52,608 nucleotides of DNA from Rickettsiales bacterium (GCA_047627215.1 JBLHTM010000003.1:1-52608), one strand, 5' to 3'; counted from the first letter of the stretch, positions 19,461 to 29,299 are shown. Numbers and translations are program-made. The notes: generated from the sequence alone by a model not told the origin.

Positions 19461-20237
19461 ATGTCAATAAAAACAACTAACTATTACGGAACTTACAGCC
19501 TTTTTAAGAAAGAGGTTTTGCGTTTTTTAAAGGTTTATCACCAAACACTTTTCTCTCCCACAATCAACGCTTTATTGCTATTGGCGATTTTCTCCTTATC
19601 GATCGGTGATCGTGTTTCTAGTATTGGAAACGTTCCTTTTAAAGAATTCATGGCGGCGGGTTTGGTGATGATGGTTGCCATGCAAAATTCTTTTGCTAAC
19701 AGCTCTTCCTCGCTAACTATGGGAAAAATTATGGGACATATTATTGATTATCTAATTCCTCCAATTGGCCCTGGAGGGATTTTGATTGCTTTTGCTTCGG
19801 CGGCAGTTTTGCGGGGAATAGTGGTGGGAATTATTACCTTTGCGGCAATTTCACTTTTCGTCCCATTGCATCCGCAACATATATTTTATTCGATTTTTTG
19901 CCTAATTTTTGCTTCATTCTTTTTGGGATTACTCGGAATTATATGTGGGATTCTGTCAGACAGTTTTGATCAAATGTCGGCAATAACCAGCTATTTGATC
20001 ACGCCGCTGACTTTTCTTTCTGGAACGTTCTATTCCACCAAGAACCTGCCAGAGTTTTGGCAGCATGTTGCTCATTTTAATCCATTTTTCTACATGATTG
20101 ATGGTTTTAGATATGGAATGACTGGATATCACGATGGAGATATTTCGACTGGAGCTATAACAATTTTACTTTGTAATGCTGCTCTGGCTACAATTATTTA
20201 TTGTCTTTTGAAGAAAGGATATCGTATTAAAAGCTAA
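19461..20237 (+). CDS. ABC-2 type transporter permease (YadH-like)
   Basis: 258 aa with six predicted TM helices and an ABC-2 signature region (NPFFYMIDGFRYGMTG). It is the expected partner of the ATPase at 16911..17849. Confidence 0.8.
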   Translation: MSIKTTNYYGTYSLFKKEVLRFLKVYHQTLFSPTINALLLLAIFSLSIGDRVSSIGNVPFKEFMAAGLVMMVAMQNSFANSSSSLTMGKIMGHIIDYLIPPIGPGGILIAFASAAVLRGIVVGIITFAAISLFVPLHPQHIFYSIFCLIFASFFLGLLGIICGILSDSFDQMSAITSYLITPLTFLSGTFYSTKNLPEFWQHVAHFNPFFYMIDGFRYGMTGYHDGDISTGAITILLCNAALATIIYCLLKKGYRIKS

Positions 20238-20276
20238 ATTCTCACCCGAGTTTTTTTAAACCCAATAATTACCAAA

Positions 20277-21407
20277 ATGCCACACTCAACAAACCACAAC
20301 CAAGAGACCATTAACTGGTTACGCCTTATTCGCACTCCAAATGTTGGAAGATCCACCTTTTTTCATTTGCTGGAGGTTTTTGGAAGCGCTCAAAAGGCGA
20401 TAGAAAATATCGGTGAATATTCCCGCAAAGTTGGAAAAGTAAAGCCAATCATTGTTGGGTCTGAAAAAGACGCACAAAAAGAATTGGAATTGTCCGCTAA
20501 AAATGGTGCCGAGATTCTACTTTTCAAAGACCCCAAATACCCACAATTGCTAAGAGAAATTCCCGATTCTCCACCACTAATAAGCGTACGTGGCGATATT
20601 TCTTTGTTAAAACGAAATATCATCGGAATTGTTGGTCCTCGAAATCCATCATTAAATGGCTGCAAATTTGCTAGAAAAATCGCTGGTGATTTGGGGGAAA
20701 GGGGTTTTGTTGTTGCTTCGGGACTTGCTAGGGGAATTGACGCTGCCGCTCACTTAGGTTCTCTTGATTCGGGAACCATTGGCGTTATTGGTGGTGGGAT
20801 AGACAATATTTATCCTTTTGAAAACAAAGCTCTTTATCATCAGATTTATCAAAAAGGCCTGATTGTTTCAGAATTTGCGTTCGGGTCAAAACCCAATGCT
20901 CGAAATTTCCCCCAAAGAAACCGCATTATTTCGGGTCTTTCTTTGGGAATTGTGGTGGTTGAGGCGACTTTAAAATCAGGAACCTTAATCACTGCAAGAT
21001 GTGCTTTGGAGCAAAATCGCGAAGTTTTTTCAGTTCCCGGATCGCCTTTCGACCCGAGATGTCAAGGCGCCAATCGCCTGATTAAGCAAGGTGCAACATT
21101 GATAGAAAATGTTGATGATATTACCAATGAGTTGACGATTTTTGAGGAATTTACGGATGCTCAATTTCCCCAAATGGATTTGAAAGAAGATTCTGATTCG
21201 GCAATAAAATCATCCGATGATGGCGAAGGCGCAGATGTTATGGAAATGATTCTTGCTAAAGTTAATCATAGCCAAATTTCAATTAACGAAATCATCACTG
21301 AACTGCAAATCCCAACCCGACTTGTCAATGTTGCTTTGCTGCAATTGGAGCTTGTGGGTCGGATTGAAAATAAAAACGGCAAGATTTGCTTGGTATCTGA
21401 TCAATAA
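20277..21407 (+). CDS. dprA: DNA-processing protein DprA (Smf)
   Basis: 376 aa with a Rossmann-like DprA core (GIVGPRNPSLNG...VASGLARGIDAAAH...FPQRNRIISGLSLGIVVVEA..KSG.LITAR.ALEQNREVFSVPGSP) and a C-terminal wHTH. Confidence 0.85.
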   Translation: MPHSTNHNQETINWLRLIRTPNVGRSTFFHLLEVFGSAQKAIENIGEYSRKVGKVKPIIVGSEKDAQKELELSAKNGAEILLFKDPKYPQLLREIPDSPPLISVRGDISLLKRNIIGIVGPRNPSLNGCKFARKIAGDLGERGFVVASGLARGIDAAAHLGSLDSGTIGVIGGGIDNIYPFENKALYHQIYQKGLIVSEFAFGSKPNARNFPQRNRIISGLSLGIVVVEATLKSGTLITARCALEQNREVFSVPGSPFDPRCQGANRLIKQGATLIENVDDITNELTIFEEFTDAQFPQMDLKEDSDSAIKSSDDGEGADVMEMILAKVNHSQISINEIITELQIPTRLVNVALLQLELVGRIENKNGKICLVSDQ

Positions 21408-21417
21408 AATACTTGAT

Positions 21418-21456
21418 AAAAAAGAGCTCATATTTATAATGCCCGCTCTTTTTAAA
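21418..21456 (+). terminator. Candidate intrinsic terminator after dprA
   Basis: aaaaagagc (21418-21427 region) pairs with gctcttttt (21445-21453) and runs into a T-tract. The loop is long (~17 nt), so confidence is moderate. Confidence 0.4.
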
Positions 21457-21476
21457 TCCCCATTTTCTTTAAATTT

Positions 21477-22646
21477 ATGAATATTCACGAATACCAAGCC
21501 AAAGCCATTTTAAAACAATACGGCATTCCCGTTCCAGAGGGCTATCCAGCTTTCAACGTTCCAGAAGCAGTTGAAGCCGCAAAAAAATTACAAGAATCAG
21601 GCCACAACATTTTTGTTGTAAAAGCCCAAATCCACGCCGGTGGAAGAGGAAAGGCTGGTGGAGTTAAAGTTACAAAATCAATTGACGAAGCTAAAGAAAA
21701 AGCGACTGAAATTTTAGGAAAAACCTTGATTACTCATCAAACTGGACCTGAAGGAAAAGAAGTTAAGAGACTTTATGTTGAGTCTGGATCAAACATCAAA
21801 AAAGAATATTACCTATCTGCAGTAATGGATAGAGCTACTAGTTCTGTTGTATTTATGGCATCTACTGAAGGTGGAATGGATATTGAAGAAGTTGCAGCTG
21901 AAAATCCTGAAAAAATCGTTACTGTTGTTGTTGATATAGCTTCTGGTGTTCAAGGATTTCACGCTAGAAGATTAGGATTTGCTCTTGGTTTGAAAGGCGA
22001 CTTGCTTAAAAAATTCGTTAAAATCATATTCGCACTTTACAAAGCGTTTGTTGAAACTGACGGTTCACAAATCGAAATCAATCCATTAGTTGAAACTGCT
22101 GAAGGTGATATCATTGCTTTAGACGCTAAATATAATTTTGACGATAATGCACTTTACCGTCATCCAGCAATTCGTGAACTTCGTGATCTAGAAGAAGAAG
22201 ATCCTTTGGAAGTTGCCGCATCAAATTTCGACCTTAATTATGTTAAGATGGAAGGGAAAATCGGTTGCATGGTAAATGGTGCTGGTCTTGCAATGGCTAC
22301 AATGGATATTATCAAACTCTTCGGATCTTCTCCAGCCAACTTCCTTGATGTTGGGGGTGGGGCTACTAAAGAAAAAGTAACTGAAGCATTCAAAATCATT
22401 CTTTCTGATCCAAATGTTGAAGGAATTTTAGTTAATATCTTTGGTGGGATCATGCGTTGTGACATTATCGCTAACGGAATTTTGGAAGCAGCTCGTGAAG
22501 TTAATTTATCAGTTCCATTAGTTGTTAGACTAGAGGGAACCAATGTTGAATTGGGTAAAAAAATTCTTGCTGAATCTGACCTTGCAATCATCTCAGCTGA
22601 TGATTTGGGTGACGCAGCTAGAAAAATAGTTGCAGCAGTTAAATAA
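21477..22646 (+). CDS. sucC: Succinate--CoA ligase (ADP-forming) beta subunit
   Basis: 389 aa with [20 protein letters not shown], an ATP-grasp fold, and [15 protein letters not shown]. Confidence 0.95.
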   Translation: MNIHEYQAKAILKQYGIPVPEGYPAFNVPEAVEAAKKLQESGHNIFVVKAQIHAGGRGKAGGVKVTKSIDEAKEKATEILGKTLITHQTGPEGKEVKRLYVESGSNIKKEYYLSAVMDRATSSVVFMASTEGGMDIEEVAAENPEKIVTVVVDIASGVQGFHARRLGFALGLKGDLLKKFVKIIFALYKAFVETDGSQIEINPLVETAEGDIIALDAKYNFDDNALYRHPAIRELRDLEEEDPLEVAASNFDLNYVKMEGKIGCMVNGAGLAMATMDIIKLFGSSPANFLDVGGGATKEKVTEAFKIILSDPNVEGILVNIFGGIMRCDIIANGILEAAREVNLSVPLVVRLEGTNVELGKKILAESDLAIISADDLGDAARKIVAAVK

Positions 22647-22672
22647 TTTAATAAATCAAATTTTAAAAAATA

Positions 22673-23554
22673 ATGTCAGTATTAATTAATAAAAACACCA
22701 AAGTAATCTGCCAAGGTTTCACTGGTGCACAAGGAACTTTTCACTCAGAACAAGCAGCGGCCTATGGAACACAAATGGTTGGAGGTGTTACTCCAGGAAA
22801 AGGCGGAACGCAGCATTTAAATCTTCCAGTTTTTGACACTGTTTGGGACGCTAGAAAAAAAACTGATGCTAACGCTTCAGTAATTTATGTTCCTCCTCCA
22901 TTTGCAGCTGACGCAATTTTGGAAGCAATTGATGCGGGAATTGAATTGATCATCTGTATCACTGAAGGAATTCCAGTTTTCGATATGGCGAAAGTTAAAA
23001 AAGTTTTGGAAGGTTCAAAATCAAGATTGATCGGACCTAACTGCCCAGGAATAATCACTCCTGATGAGTGTAAAATCGGCATCATGCCAGGACATATTCA
23101 CAAAAAAGGTTCAGTTGGAATCGTTTCTAGATCAGGAACTTTAACTTATGAAGCAGTTCACCAAACTACTAAAGCTGGATTCGGACAATCAACTTGCATT
23201 GGAATCGGTGGTGATCCAATCAACGGTACTAACTTTATCGATTGTCTTGATATGTTCTTGTCTGACGATGAGACTCAATCAATGATCATGATCGGCGAAA
23301 TCGGAGGATCTGATGAAGAAGAAGCTGCAGCATTCTTGAAACGCGAGGCTAAAAAAGGTCGTTCAAAACCTTGTGTAGGATTTATCGCAGGAAGAACTGC
23401 ACCTCCAGGAAAAAGAATGGGTCATGCAGGAGCTATCATTTCTGGTGGTCAAGGTGGCGCTGAAGACAAAATCGAGGCTATGAAATCAGCCGGAATTTCT
23501 GTTTCTGAAAGCCCAGCTACTCTTGGTGAGGAAATGACAAAATTGTTAAAATAA
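22673..23554 (+). CDS. sucD: Succinate--CoA ligase alpha subunit
   Basis: 293 aa with [25 protein letters not shown], and the active-site His region [11 protein letters not shown]. Confidence 0.95.
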   Translation: MSVLINKNTKVICQGFTGAQGTFHSEQAAAYGTQMVGGVTPGKGGTQHLNLPVFDTVWDARKKTDANASVIYVPPPFAADAILEAIDAGIELIICITEGIPVFDMAKVKKVLEGSKSRLIGPNCPGIITPDECKIGIMPGHIHKKGSVGIVSRSGTLTYEAVHQTTKAGFGQSTCIGIGGDPINGTNFIDCLDMFLSDDETQSMIMIGEIGGSDEEEAAAFLKREAKKGRSKPCVGFIAGRTAPPGKRMGHAGAIISGGQGGAEDKIEAMKSAGISVSESPATLGEEMTKLLK

Positions 23555-23567
23555 TTTTATATTTATT

Positions 23568-24083
23568 ATGAGAAAATTCCTCGCCTCAGTATTTTTTTCT
23601 ATCTTATTGTCTTTTTCTTTCGCTCAAAACTCTTCAGCCTTTAGTCTCGATAAGGCTTTAGGAAAAGTTGCTTCCGACTCAACAAAAGAAATCAGCGAAA
23701 AGATTGAAGCAAAAATTGATAAGGTAGTTAAAAAAGCTGAAGGGGAATTGGATCAATATAAATCTGAACTTGACGGTAAAATAAAAAAATATCAGGACAA
23801 AATTGACAATGAATTCGGTAAGGTTGAAAAAATAATTGCTGAAGCTGAGGACGGAATCAATAAAATTCGTAGCATCAAAAACAATATCCACAAATACATC
23901 AAAATAGCAAAAATAGTCTCTTTCATCTTTTGTTGCGGAATTCTATTATTGCTTTTTGTTCTTTGGAGAATTTGGAGAAATATTAATAATTTAAGAAAAT
24001 TAGCCAAAAATGTTTCCAATTATGATGATTTTGACAAAAGACTAAAAGGTATTGAGGCTGCATTATCAAAGCCAAAATCTTAA
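23568..24083 (+). CDS. Hypothetical exported coiled-coil protein with a C-terminal membrane anchor
   Basis: 171 aa with a signal-peptide-like N-terminus (FLASVFFSILLSFSFAQNSSA), a Lys/Glu-rich helical middle and a TM helix (IVSFIFCCGILLLLFVLWRIW). I recognise no family. Confidence 0.5.
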   Translation: MRKFLASVFFSILLSFSFAQNSSAFSLDKALGKVASDSTKEISEKIEAKIDKVVKKAEGELDQYKSELDGKIKKYQDKIDNEFGKVEKIIAEAEDGINKIRSIKNNIHKYIKIAKIVSFIFCCGILLLLFVLWRIWRNINNLRKLAKNVSNYDDFDKRLKGIEAALSKPKS

Positions 24084-24128
24084 AATTTACGAACCACAAA
24101 TTTTAACCACCGAAAAAAACTTAAAATT

Positions 24129-25169
24129 ATGACAGATAGATCAAAAGCCTTAGATGCGGCGCTCGCACAAATCGACAAACAATTCGGAAAAGGGTCGGCA
24201 ATGAAACTTGGCCAAAGACCAGTCATTGACGTTGATGTTATTCCTTCCGGATCTTTGAACTTGGACTTGGCTCTTGGGGTTGGTGGATATCCACGCGGAA
24301 GAATCATTGAAATTTACGGACCAGAAAGCTCCGGAAAAACTACCTTGACTTTGCATGCAATTGCTGAAGCTCAGAAAAAAGGATTATCTTGCGCTTTTGT
24401 TGACGCTGAGCACGCTTTTGATCCCACTTACGCAAAAAATTTGGGAATAGACACTGACGAAATGATCATTTCTCAGCCAGATAACGGTGAAGCCGCTTTG
24501 GAAATTACCGACACTTTAGTGCGTTCTGGCGCAGTTGATTTGATCGTTATCGACTCAGTTGCCGCTCTTGTTCCTCAAGTTGAGCTTGAAGGTGGAATGG
24601 GTGATAACCAAATGGGTTTGCAAGCTAGATTGATGAGTAAAGCACTTAGAAAATTAACTGGTTCAATCTCTAAAACTCAATGTACAGTGATTTTCATCAA
24701 CCAAATCAGAATGAAAATCGGTGTTATGTTCGGTAGTCCAGAAACGACAACTGGCGGAAATTCACTAAAATTCTATGCTTCAGTAAGGCTAGACATAAGA
24801 AGAGGGGCTCAAATAAAAGACAAGGACGAAGTTCTTGGTAATGAAACTCGAGTCAAAGTAGTTAAAAACAAAGTTGCTCCACCATTCAAAATGGCAGAAT
24901 TTGAAATAATCTACGGTGAAGGTATTTCCAGAATTGCAGAAGTTATTGATCTTGCGACTACTCAAGACGTTATCGACAAATCCGGTTCTTGGTATGCTTA
25001 CAAGGGCACCAAAATTGGACAAGGAAAAGAAAATGTTAAAGAATATTTGAGAAACAACCCTGAAATAGCTTTAGAAATTGAAGATGAACTTAAAAATAGA
25101 TTGGTAATCAAAAAGGAGGAAAAAGCTAAAGCTAAAGCAGATAAAATAAAAAGACCTTTAGTATCTTAA
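24129..25169 (+). CDS. recA: Recombinase RecA
   Basis: 346 aa with [19 protein letters not shown], Walker A ([10 protein letters not shown]), IVIDSVAAL and [22 protein letters not shown]. Confidence 0.97.
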   Translation: MTDRSKALDAALAQIDKQFGKGSAMKLGQRPVIDVDVIPSGSLNLDLALGVGGYPRGRIIEIYGPESSGKTTLTLHAIAEAQKKGLSCAFVDAEHAFDPTYAKNLGIDTDEMIISQPDNGEAALEITDTLVRSGAVDLIVIDSVAALVPQVELEGGMGDNQMGLQARLMSKALRKLTGSISKTQCTVIFINQIRMKIGVMFGSPETTTGGNSLKFYASVRLDIRRGAQIKDKDEVLGNETRVKVVKNKVAPPFKMAEFEIIYGEGISRIAEVIDLATTQDVIDKSGSWYAYKGTKIGQGKENVKEYLRNNPEIALEIEDELKNRLVIKKEEKAKAKADKIKRPLVS

Positions 25170-25297
25170 GCGACAGTTTCTAAACTAGAAAACGCTATAG
25201 CGTTTAAATGAATAATAGGCAAAAAACTTGTTATTCACCTCGTAAGTGTGCTATTTTTAGATTTGATTAAAAAGTACATATTTCGTTAACATTTTTT

Positions 25298-25374
25298 GCA
25301 CCCGTGGCTCAACTGGATAGAGTACCTGACTACGGATCAGGAGGTTAGAGGTTCGAATCCTCTCGGGTGCACCA
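25298..25374 (+). tRNA. tRNA-Arg (anticodon ACG), CCA encoded
   Basis: Sequence gcacccg-t-ggctcaactggatagagt-a-cctga-ctACGga-tcagg-aggtt-agagg-ttcgaat-cctct-cgggtgc-a-cca forms a complete cloverleaf. Confidence 0.9.
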
Positions 25375-25463
25375 CATATTCTGGCTGTAATCGATTAATC
25401 CAAGTGGCAATGTCACTAGAAATCAACTTACAACTTATTATTTACAACTTACTACTAAAACAC

Positions 25464-26012
25464 ATGCCTCAAGAACTCCCTTTAATGCGCAAAGCAACAG
25501 CTGTTTGGTTGATTGAAAAAACCTCTCTTAGCTTTAATCAAATTTCAGATTTTTGTGGCCTTCACAAGCTTGAAGTCCAGGGAATTGCTGATGGAGATAT
25601 TGGTTCTGGAATTGTTGGGCAAAACCCAGTTAATTGCGGACAATTGACCAGAGAAGAAATTTCCCGTTGTGAAAAGGATTCAAACGCTAAGCTTTTGTTA
25701 AAAGAATCCGCATATGAAATTATCAAATCAGCGAATAAAAAAACTGGAAAATATACCCCGATAGCTAGAAGATCAGATAAGCCAGATGGAATTTTCTATT
25801 TGTTAAAATATTATCCAGAAATAACCAATGCAAAAATCAAAAAATTGATTGGAACAACGGACAAAATGATCGACTCTATTCGTGATAAAAGTCACTGGAA
25901 TATTAAAAACTTAAAACATCGCGATATTGTTTTACTTGGACTTTGCAGCCAGTCACAATTCAATGACGTGATTTCATCACTTCCACAAAAACCTTCAGAA
26001 GGTCAATTATAA
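25464..26012 (+). CDS. DUF1013-family protein (TrcR-type cell-cycle regulator family, alphaproteobacterial)
   Basis: I trimmed ORF 25296..26012 to the ATG at 25464 because its 5' part is the tRNA-Arg gene. MPQELPLMRKATAVWLIEKTSLSFNQISDFCGLHKLEVQGIADGD...GQLTREEI...YTPIARRSDKPDGIFYLLKYYPE...THWNIKNL...LGLCSQ matches the conserved DUF1013 pattern. Confidence 0.75.
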   Translation: MPQELPLMRKATAVWLIEKTSLSFNQISDFCGLHKLEVQGIADGDIGSGIVGQNPVNCGQLTREEISRCEKDSNAKLLLKESAYEIIKSANKKTGKYTPIARRSDKPDGIFYLLKYYPEITNAKIKKLIGTTDKMIDSIRDKSHWNIKNLKHRDIVLLGLCSQSQFNDVISSLPQKPSEGQL

Positions 26013-26021
26013 TCAATAAAT

Positions 26022-26492
26022 ATGGCTGTTCAAATTGGAAAAATAGCGCCTTCTTTTAGTGCGTTTTGCGATGATGGTTCAAAAATTGATTTGAGTGAAC
26101 TTAGGGGTAAAAACGTTGTTTTATACTTCTATCCAAAAGATGACACCCCTGGTTGCACAATCGAGGCCCAAGATTTCACTAATAATATTGAAAAATTCGT
26201 TTCTTTAAACACCGTGGTTCTTGGTGTTTCTAGAGATTCAGTTAAAAGACATTGTAATTTTATTCAAAAATACAACCTGGCATTTAACCTTATCAGCGAT
26301 GAAGATAGTGAGGTTTGTTCGGTTTATGGAGTTTTGAAAGAAAAATCAATGTTCGGAAAGAAATATCTCGGAATCGATAGAAGCACCTTTATTGTCGATA
26401 AGAAAGGTGACGTGGTTGCAGTTTGGGACTCGGTAAAAGTCAAAGGTCATGTTGATGAAGTTCTTAAATTCCTAGAAAAACTAGAGGCCTAA
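26022..26492 (+). CDS. bcp: Thioredoxin-dependent thiol peroxidase (Bcp/PrxQ peroxiredoxin)
   Basis: 156 aa. YFYPKDDTPGCTIEAQDF contains the peroxidatic Cys in the PxxxTxxC motif. The fold is AhpC/TSA-like. Confidence 0.85.
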   Translation: MAVQIGKIAPSFSAFCDDGSKIDLSELRGKNVVLYFYPKDDTPGCTIEAQDFTNNIEKFVSLNTVVLGVSRDSVKRHCNFIQKYNLAFNLISDEDSEVCSVYGVLKEKSMFGKKYLGIDRSTFIVDKKGDVVAVWDSVKVKGHVDEVLKFLEKLEA

Positions 26493-26498
26493 GAATCT

Positions 26499-27200
26499 TT
26501 ATCGCTGCAAAATCTCAATTACTGAAATATTTCTCATCTCGTCATCAATTCTCTGATGAAAGTTTCTTCGATAGCTGAAAAAATCATCATTCTGATAAGT
26601 GTCAATTCCATCATCTTCAATATTTCTCAGCCCCTTATTTCTTAGCTTTTCTTTAATGTACGATGGAAGATCGAAAAGAAAATGCTGATCTTTTGGGCTT
26701 TTGATAAAAAACTCTCTATTAGCAGAGTTTTCTTCTAAGAATCTACCATAAAAACTCAAATCAACTTCATATGATTCTTGCCTAATCATTGGCCCAATAA
26801 CGGCCTTAATATTTTCTAATCTAGCTCCAATCTTTATCATCCCATCAACGGCCTGATCAGTGATGTTTTTTAATGATCCTTGCCAACCAGCATGAACGGC
26901 AGCAATAACTTCATTTTCCTCGTCTAAAAGCATAATCGGAGCACAATCAGCGGTGACAATTGCCAGGATTAGGTTTTTGACATTGGTGACAATTGCGTCG
27001 GCATCAATAAGTTTTTTACTGGATGGGATTTTGGACTCATCATCAATTACCAGAATTTCCGAACCGTGGATTTGATTGATGAAGATGGTTGGAGATTTGA
27101 TATTGAAATTTTTCTTTTGGATATTTTTTGCAACTAAAAAATAGTCAATTTTAGTCTTGTCAATCGCACAATCTTTGCCAAAAAAGTGGTATTTAATCAT
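26499..27200 (-). CDS. pgeF: Peptidoglycan editing factor PgeF (YfiH/DUF152 laccase-domain protein)
   Basis: 233 aa with INQIHGSEILVID, TADCAPIMLLD, HAGWQGSLKNI and the C-terminal FFSYRR motif. Confidence 0.8.
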   Translation of the reverse strand: MIKYHFFGKDCAIDKTKIDYFLVAKNIQKKNFNIKSPTIFINQIHGSEILVIDDESKIPSSKKLIDADAIVTNVKNLILAIVTADCAPIMLLDEENEVIAAVHAGWQGSLKNITDQAVDGMIKIGARLENIKAVIGPMIRQESYEVDLSFYGRFLEENSANREFFIKSPKDQHFLFDLPSYIKEKLRNKGLRNIEDDGIDTYQNDDFFSYRRNFHQRIDDEMRNISVIEILQR

Positions 27201-27369
27201 CTTGTTTTTAGATTTGTCGATTCACTGCATTAGACGCACAATGCCGGTGTCGGAAGTTTAAAATAAAACTGTAAAATCTCGTTATTATTGTGAAGATCTT
27301 AGTGAAGTAGTAGCTGGGGATGTTCACATTGCCACTTATCTACTAATTTTTAAATGATCCTAAATAATT

Positions 27370-27735
27370 TTATGAATCTTTTAATAAGTTCAGTAAGCCC
27401 AGAATATATTTCTTGTCTTTTTTATCAATAAGATGAATCAGTTCTTTTATTAAGGAGAATTTTGCTCTGTCTTTAATTTTACTCTCTTCTTTGAAGTTAA
27501 AAAGCTCCATGATATCAACATCAAGAGCCTCTGCAATATTGTTGATAATTTCGAGTTTTGTTGAGTTCAGTCCCCTTTCAATATTTGAAATTGTTTCCTC
27601 CGTCTTTCCGACGGTATTAGCAAGTTGGCTTTGGGTTAAACCTTTTAGTTTGCGGTAATATTGGATCTTCTTCCCAAAAGATTGTTTGATATTTTGACTG
27701 GTATTATTTTTCATAGACAAAACAATATTGAGCAT
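27370..27735 (-). CDS. XRE-family helix-turn-helix transcriptional regulator
   Basis: 121 aa. KKIQYYRKLKGLTQSQLANTVGKTEETISNIERGLNSTKLEIINNIAEALDVDIMELF is a canonical HTH_3/Cro-CI fold. Confidence 0.8.
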   Translation of the reverse strand: MLNIVLSMKNNTSQNIKQSFGKKIQYYRKLKGLTQSQLANTVGKTEETISNIERGLNSTKLEIINNIAEALDVDIMELFNFKEESKIKDRAKFSLIKELIHLIDKKDKKYILGLLNLLKDS

Positions 27736-27744
27736 TCTTATTGG

Positions 27745-27759
27745 TACAATAGAATTGTA
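27745..27759. promoter_or_regulatory. Perfect 6-3-6 palindrome TACAAT-aga-ATTGTA in the divergent XRE intergenic region (operator candidate that doubles as a -10-like hexamer on both strands)
   Basis: Read directly from the sequence. It starts 10 nt upstream of the XRE ATG (27735) and about 80 nt upstream of the ATG at 27837. In AT-rich DNA such palindromes can arise by chance. Confidence 0.3.
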
Positions 27760-27836
27760 TTTTGTTTTTATCTTATTATTTTTCTCAAAAGACGGAATAT
27801 TATTTCGTTAATAATAAGATTATTCACATATTTATC

Positions 27837-28112
27837 ATGAAAAGTAATCCAGAATATGATTATCTAATAAGGTCATCCGAAATTTTCCGCAAAGATTTGC
27901 AGAAAATAGAAATATTTATTTTAAATGGGATCTTTCTAGATCAGAATCTATTAGAAATAATGGCAGAGATTGTGGCGATTAAGGAAGACATTGAGGCATT
28001 TATTGCAATAAATACTAGAAAAAGGAAGGACGCTTCTTGGGCAGCTACTTATTTTTCTACATATCTTTGCAAAATTTATTTATCTGCCCAACTCTTTATT
28101 GCTGTAAATTGA
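27837..28112 (+). CDS. Hypothetical small protein divergent from the XRE regulator. This is a weak call; the track ORF starts at TTG 27762.
   Basis: A 91-aa ORF from the first ATG (MKSNPEYDYLIRSSEIFRKDLQKIE...). I recognise no motifs, and coding is supported only by length and position. Confidence 0.3.
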   Translation: MKSNPEYDYLIRSSEIFRKDLQKIEIFILNGIFLDQNLLEIMAEIVAIKEDIEAFIAINTRKRKDASWAATYFSTYLCKIYLSAQLFIAVN

Positions 28113-28136
28113 TTAGAAAAATACCTTCCAATCAAT

Positions 28137-29240
28137 TTAAACATTAAATCTAAAATGAAAAACATCACCATCGCAAGTTATGTATTCCTTGCCTTCAAGG
28201 CGTAATTTTCCGGCGTTTTTACATCCTTCTTCACCATTAAATTCAACGTAGTTATCGTAGCTGATTGTTTCGGCGCGGATGAATCCTTTTTCAAAGTCGG
28301 TGTGAATGACTCCGGCAGCTTTTGGAGCTGAAGATCCTTTTCGTAATTGCCACCCATGGCACTCTTTTGGTCCAACAGTAAAGAAAGTGATTAGGTTTAA
28401 TAAACCATATCCAGCTTTGATGATTTGAGAAAGCCCAGTTTCGGCAAGTCCTACCGCCTCTAAGAATTCTTTTTTCTCCTCTTCACTAGTCAAATTAGCA
28501 ATTTCAGATTCAACTTGAGCAGAAATTCTCAAGACAGGAAATCCGTGTTCTTTACCCATTTTTTCAACCAAGGTGGAATATTTATTTCCCTCAACAACTT
28601 CTTCTTCGCTCAAATTGCATACAAAAAGTTGTGGTTTGGCGGTGATTAATTGCAGATTGTCAAAAGCCCTTCTCTCATCAGAATCTTTTATTTCAGTGAG
28701 GATGGCCGGTTTTTCTGCGCTCAAAACTTCCAAAGCTTTTTTACCAATTTCGATTGTTAGTTGAGATTCTTTGTCAGAACTTTTAGATTTTTTCTCTAAG
28801 TTAGAAATGCGCTTCTGCAATGACTCCAAATCTGCTAAAATCAATTCTAGGCCGATCAATTCTATGTCGCGAATTGGATCAACATCACCTTCAACATGAA
28901 CAATATTTTCATCTTCAAAACAACGAACAACGTTAACTATCGCATCGACTTCTCTGATATGAGACAAGAATTTGTTTCCCAATCCTTCTCCTGTTGAAGC
29001 TCCTTTAACTAAGCCAGCAATATCAACAAATTCAATTTGGGTGGGGATTATTTCAGCGGATCCAGCGATTCCTGCAAGCTTTTCTAAGCGCGTATCAGGG
29101 ACGGAAACTTTTCCGACGTTAGGTTCAATTGTGCAAAATGGATAATTTGCGGCTTCTGCAGAAGCGGTTTGTGTTAGCGCATTAAAAAGGGTTGATTTAC
29201 CAACATTAGGAAGACCAACAATTCCACATTTAAAAGACAT
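28137..29240 (-). CDS. ychF: Redox-regulated ribosome-binding ATPase YchF
   Basis: 367 aa with GIVGLPNVGKSTLFNALT, DIAGLVKGAS, a TGS-like C-terminus and HTDFEKGFIRAE. Confidence 0.95.
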   Translation of the reverse strand: MSFKCGIVGLPNVGKSTLFNALTQTASAEAANYPFCTIEPNVGKVSVPDTRLEKLAGIAGSAEIIPTQIEFVDIAGLVKGASTGEGLGNKFLSHIREVDAIVNVVRCFEDENIVHVEGDVDPIRDIELIGLELILADLESLQKRISNLEKKSKSSDKESQLTIEIGKKALEVLSAEKPAILTEIKDSDERRAFDNLQLITAKPQLFVCNLSEEEVVEGNKYSTLVEKMGKEHGFPVLRISAQVESEIANLTSEEEKKEFLEAVGLAETGLSQIIKAGYGLLNLITFFTVGPKECHGWQLRKGSSAPKAAGVIHTDFEKGFIRAETISYDNYVEFNGEEGCKNAGKLRLEGKEYITCDGDVFHFRFNV

Positions 29241-29261
29241 TTTTTTTGAATATTAATTTAA

Positions 29262-29299
29262 TAAAAAACCCCAACCAAAATTAAATTTTGATTGGGGTT
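29262..29299 (-). terminator. Rho-independent terminator downstream of the OmpA-family gene
   Basis: On the minus strand, aaccccaatcaaaa - tttaa - ttttggttgggg tt forms a 14-bp stem with one G-U. It is followed immediately by TTTTTTAT and lies 29 nt after the stop at 29328. Confidence 0.7.

Noticed and set aside
24084-24128. An SOS (LexA) box or a CtrA site upstream of recA. The region contains GAAC-N7-TTTA and TTAACCAC.
   Set aside because: The second half-site of the alphaproteobacterial GAAC-N7-GAAC / GTTC-N7-GTTC box is absent. The TTAACCAC match to the CtrA half-site (TTAACCAT) has a mismatch and is expected by chance in AT-rich DNA.
25296-25463. The 5' extension of ORF 25296..26012 (MHPWLNWIEYLTTDQEVRGSNPLG...).
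   Set aside because: This segment is the tRNA-Arg(ACG) gene read as protein. The conserved DUF1013 sequence starts at the ATG at 25464.
27201-27369. A small RNA or ORF in the 170-bp spacer between pgeF and the XRE gene, which is locally more GC-rich (gcacaatgccggtgtcggaag).
   Set aside because: There is no convincing stem-loop plus T-tract, promoter or ORF. The evidence is insufficient to call a feature.
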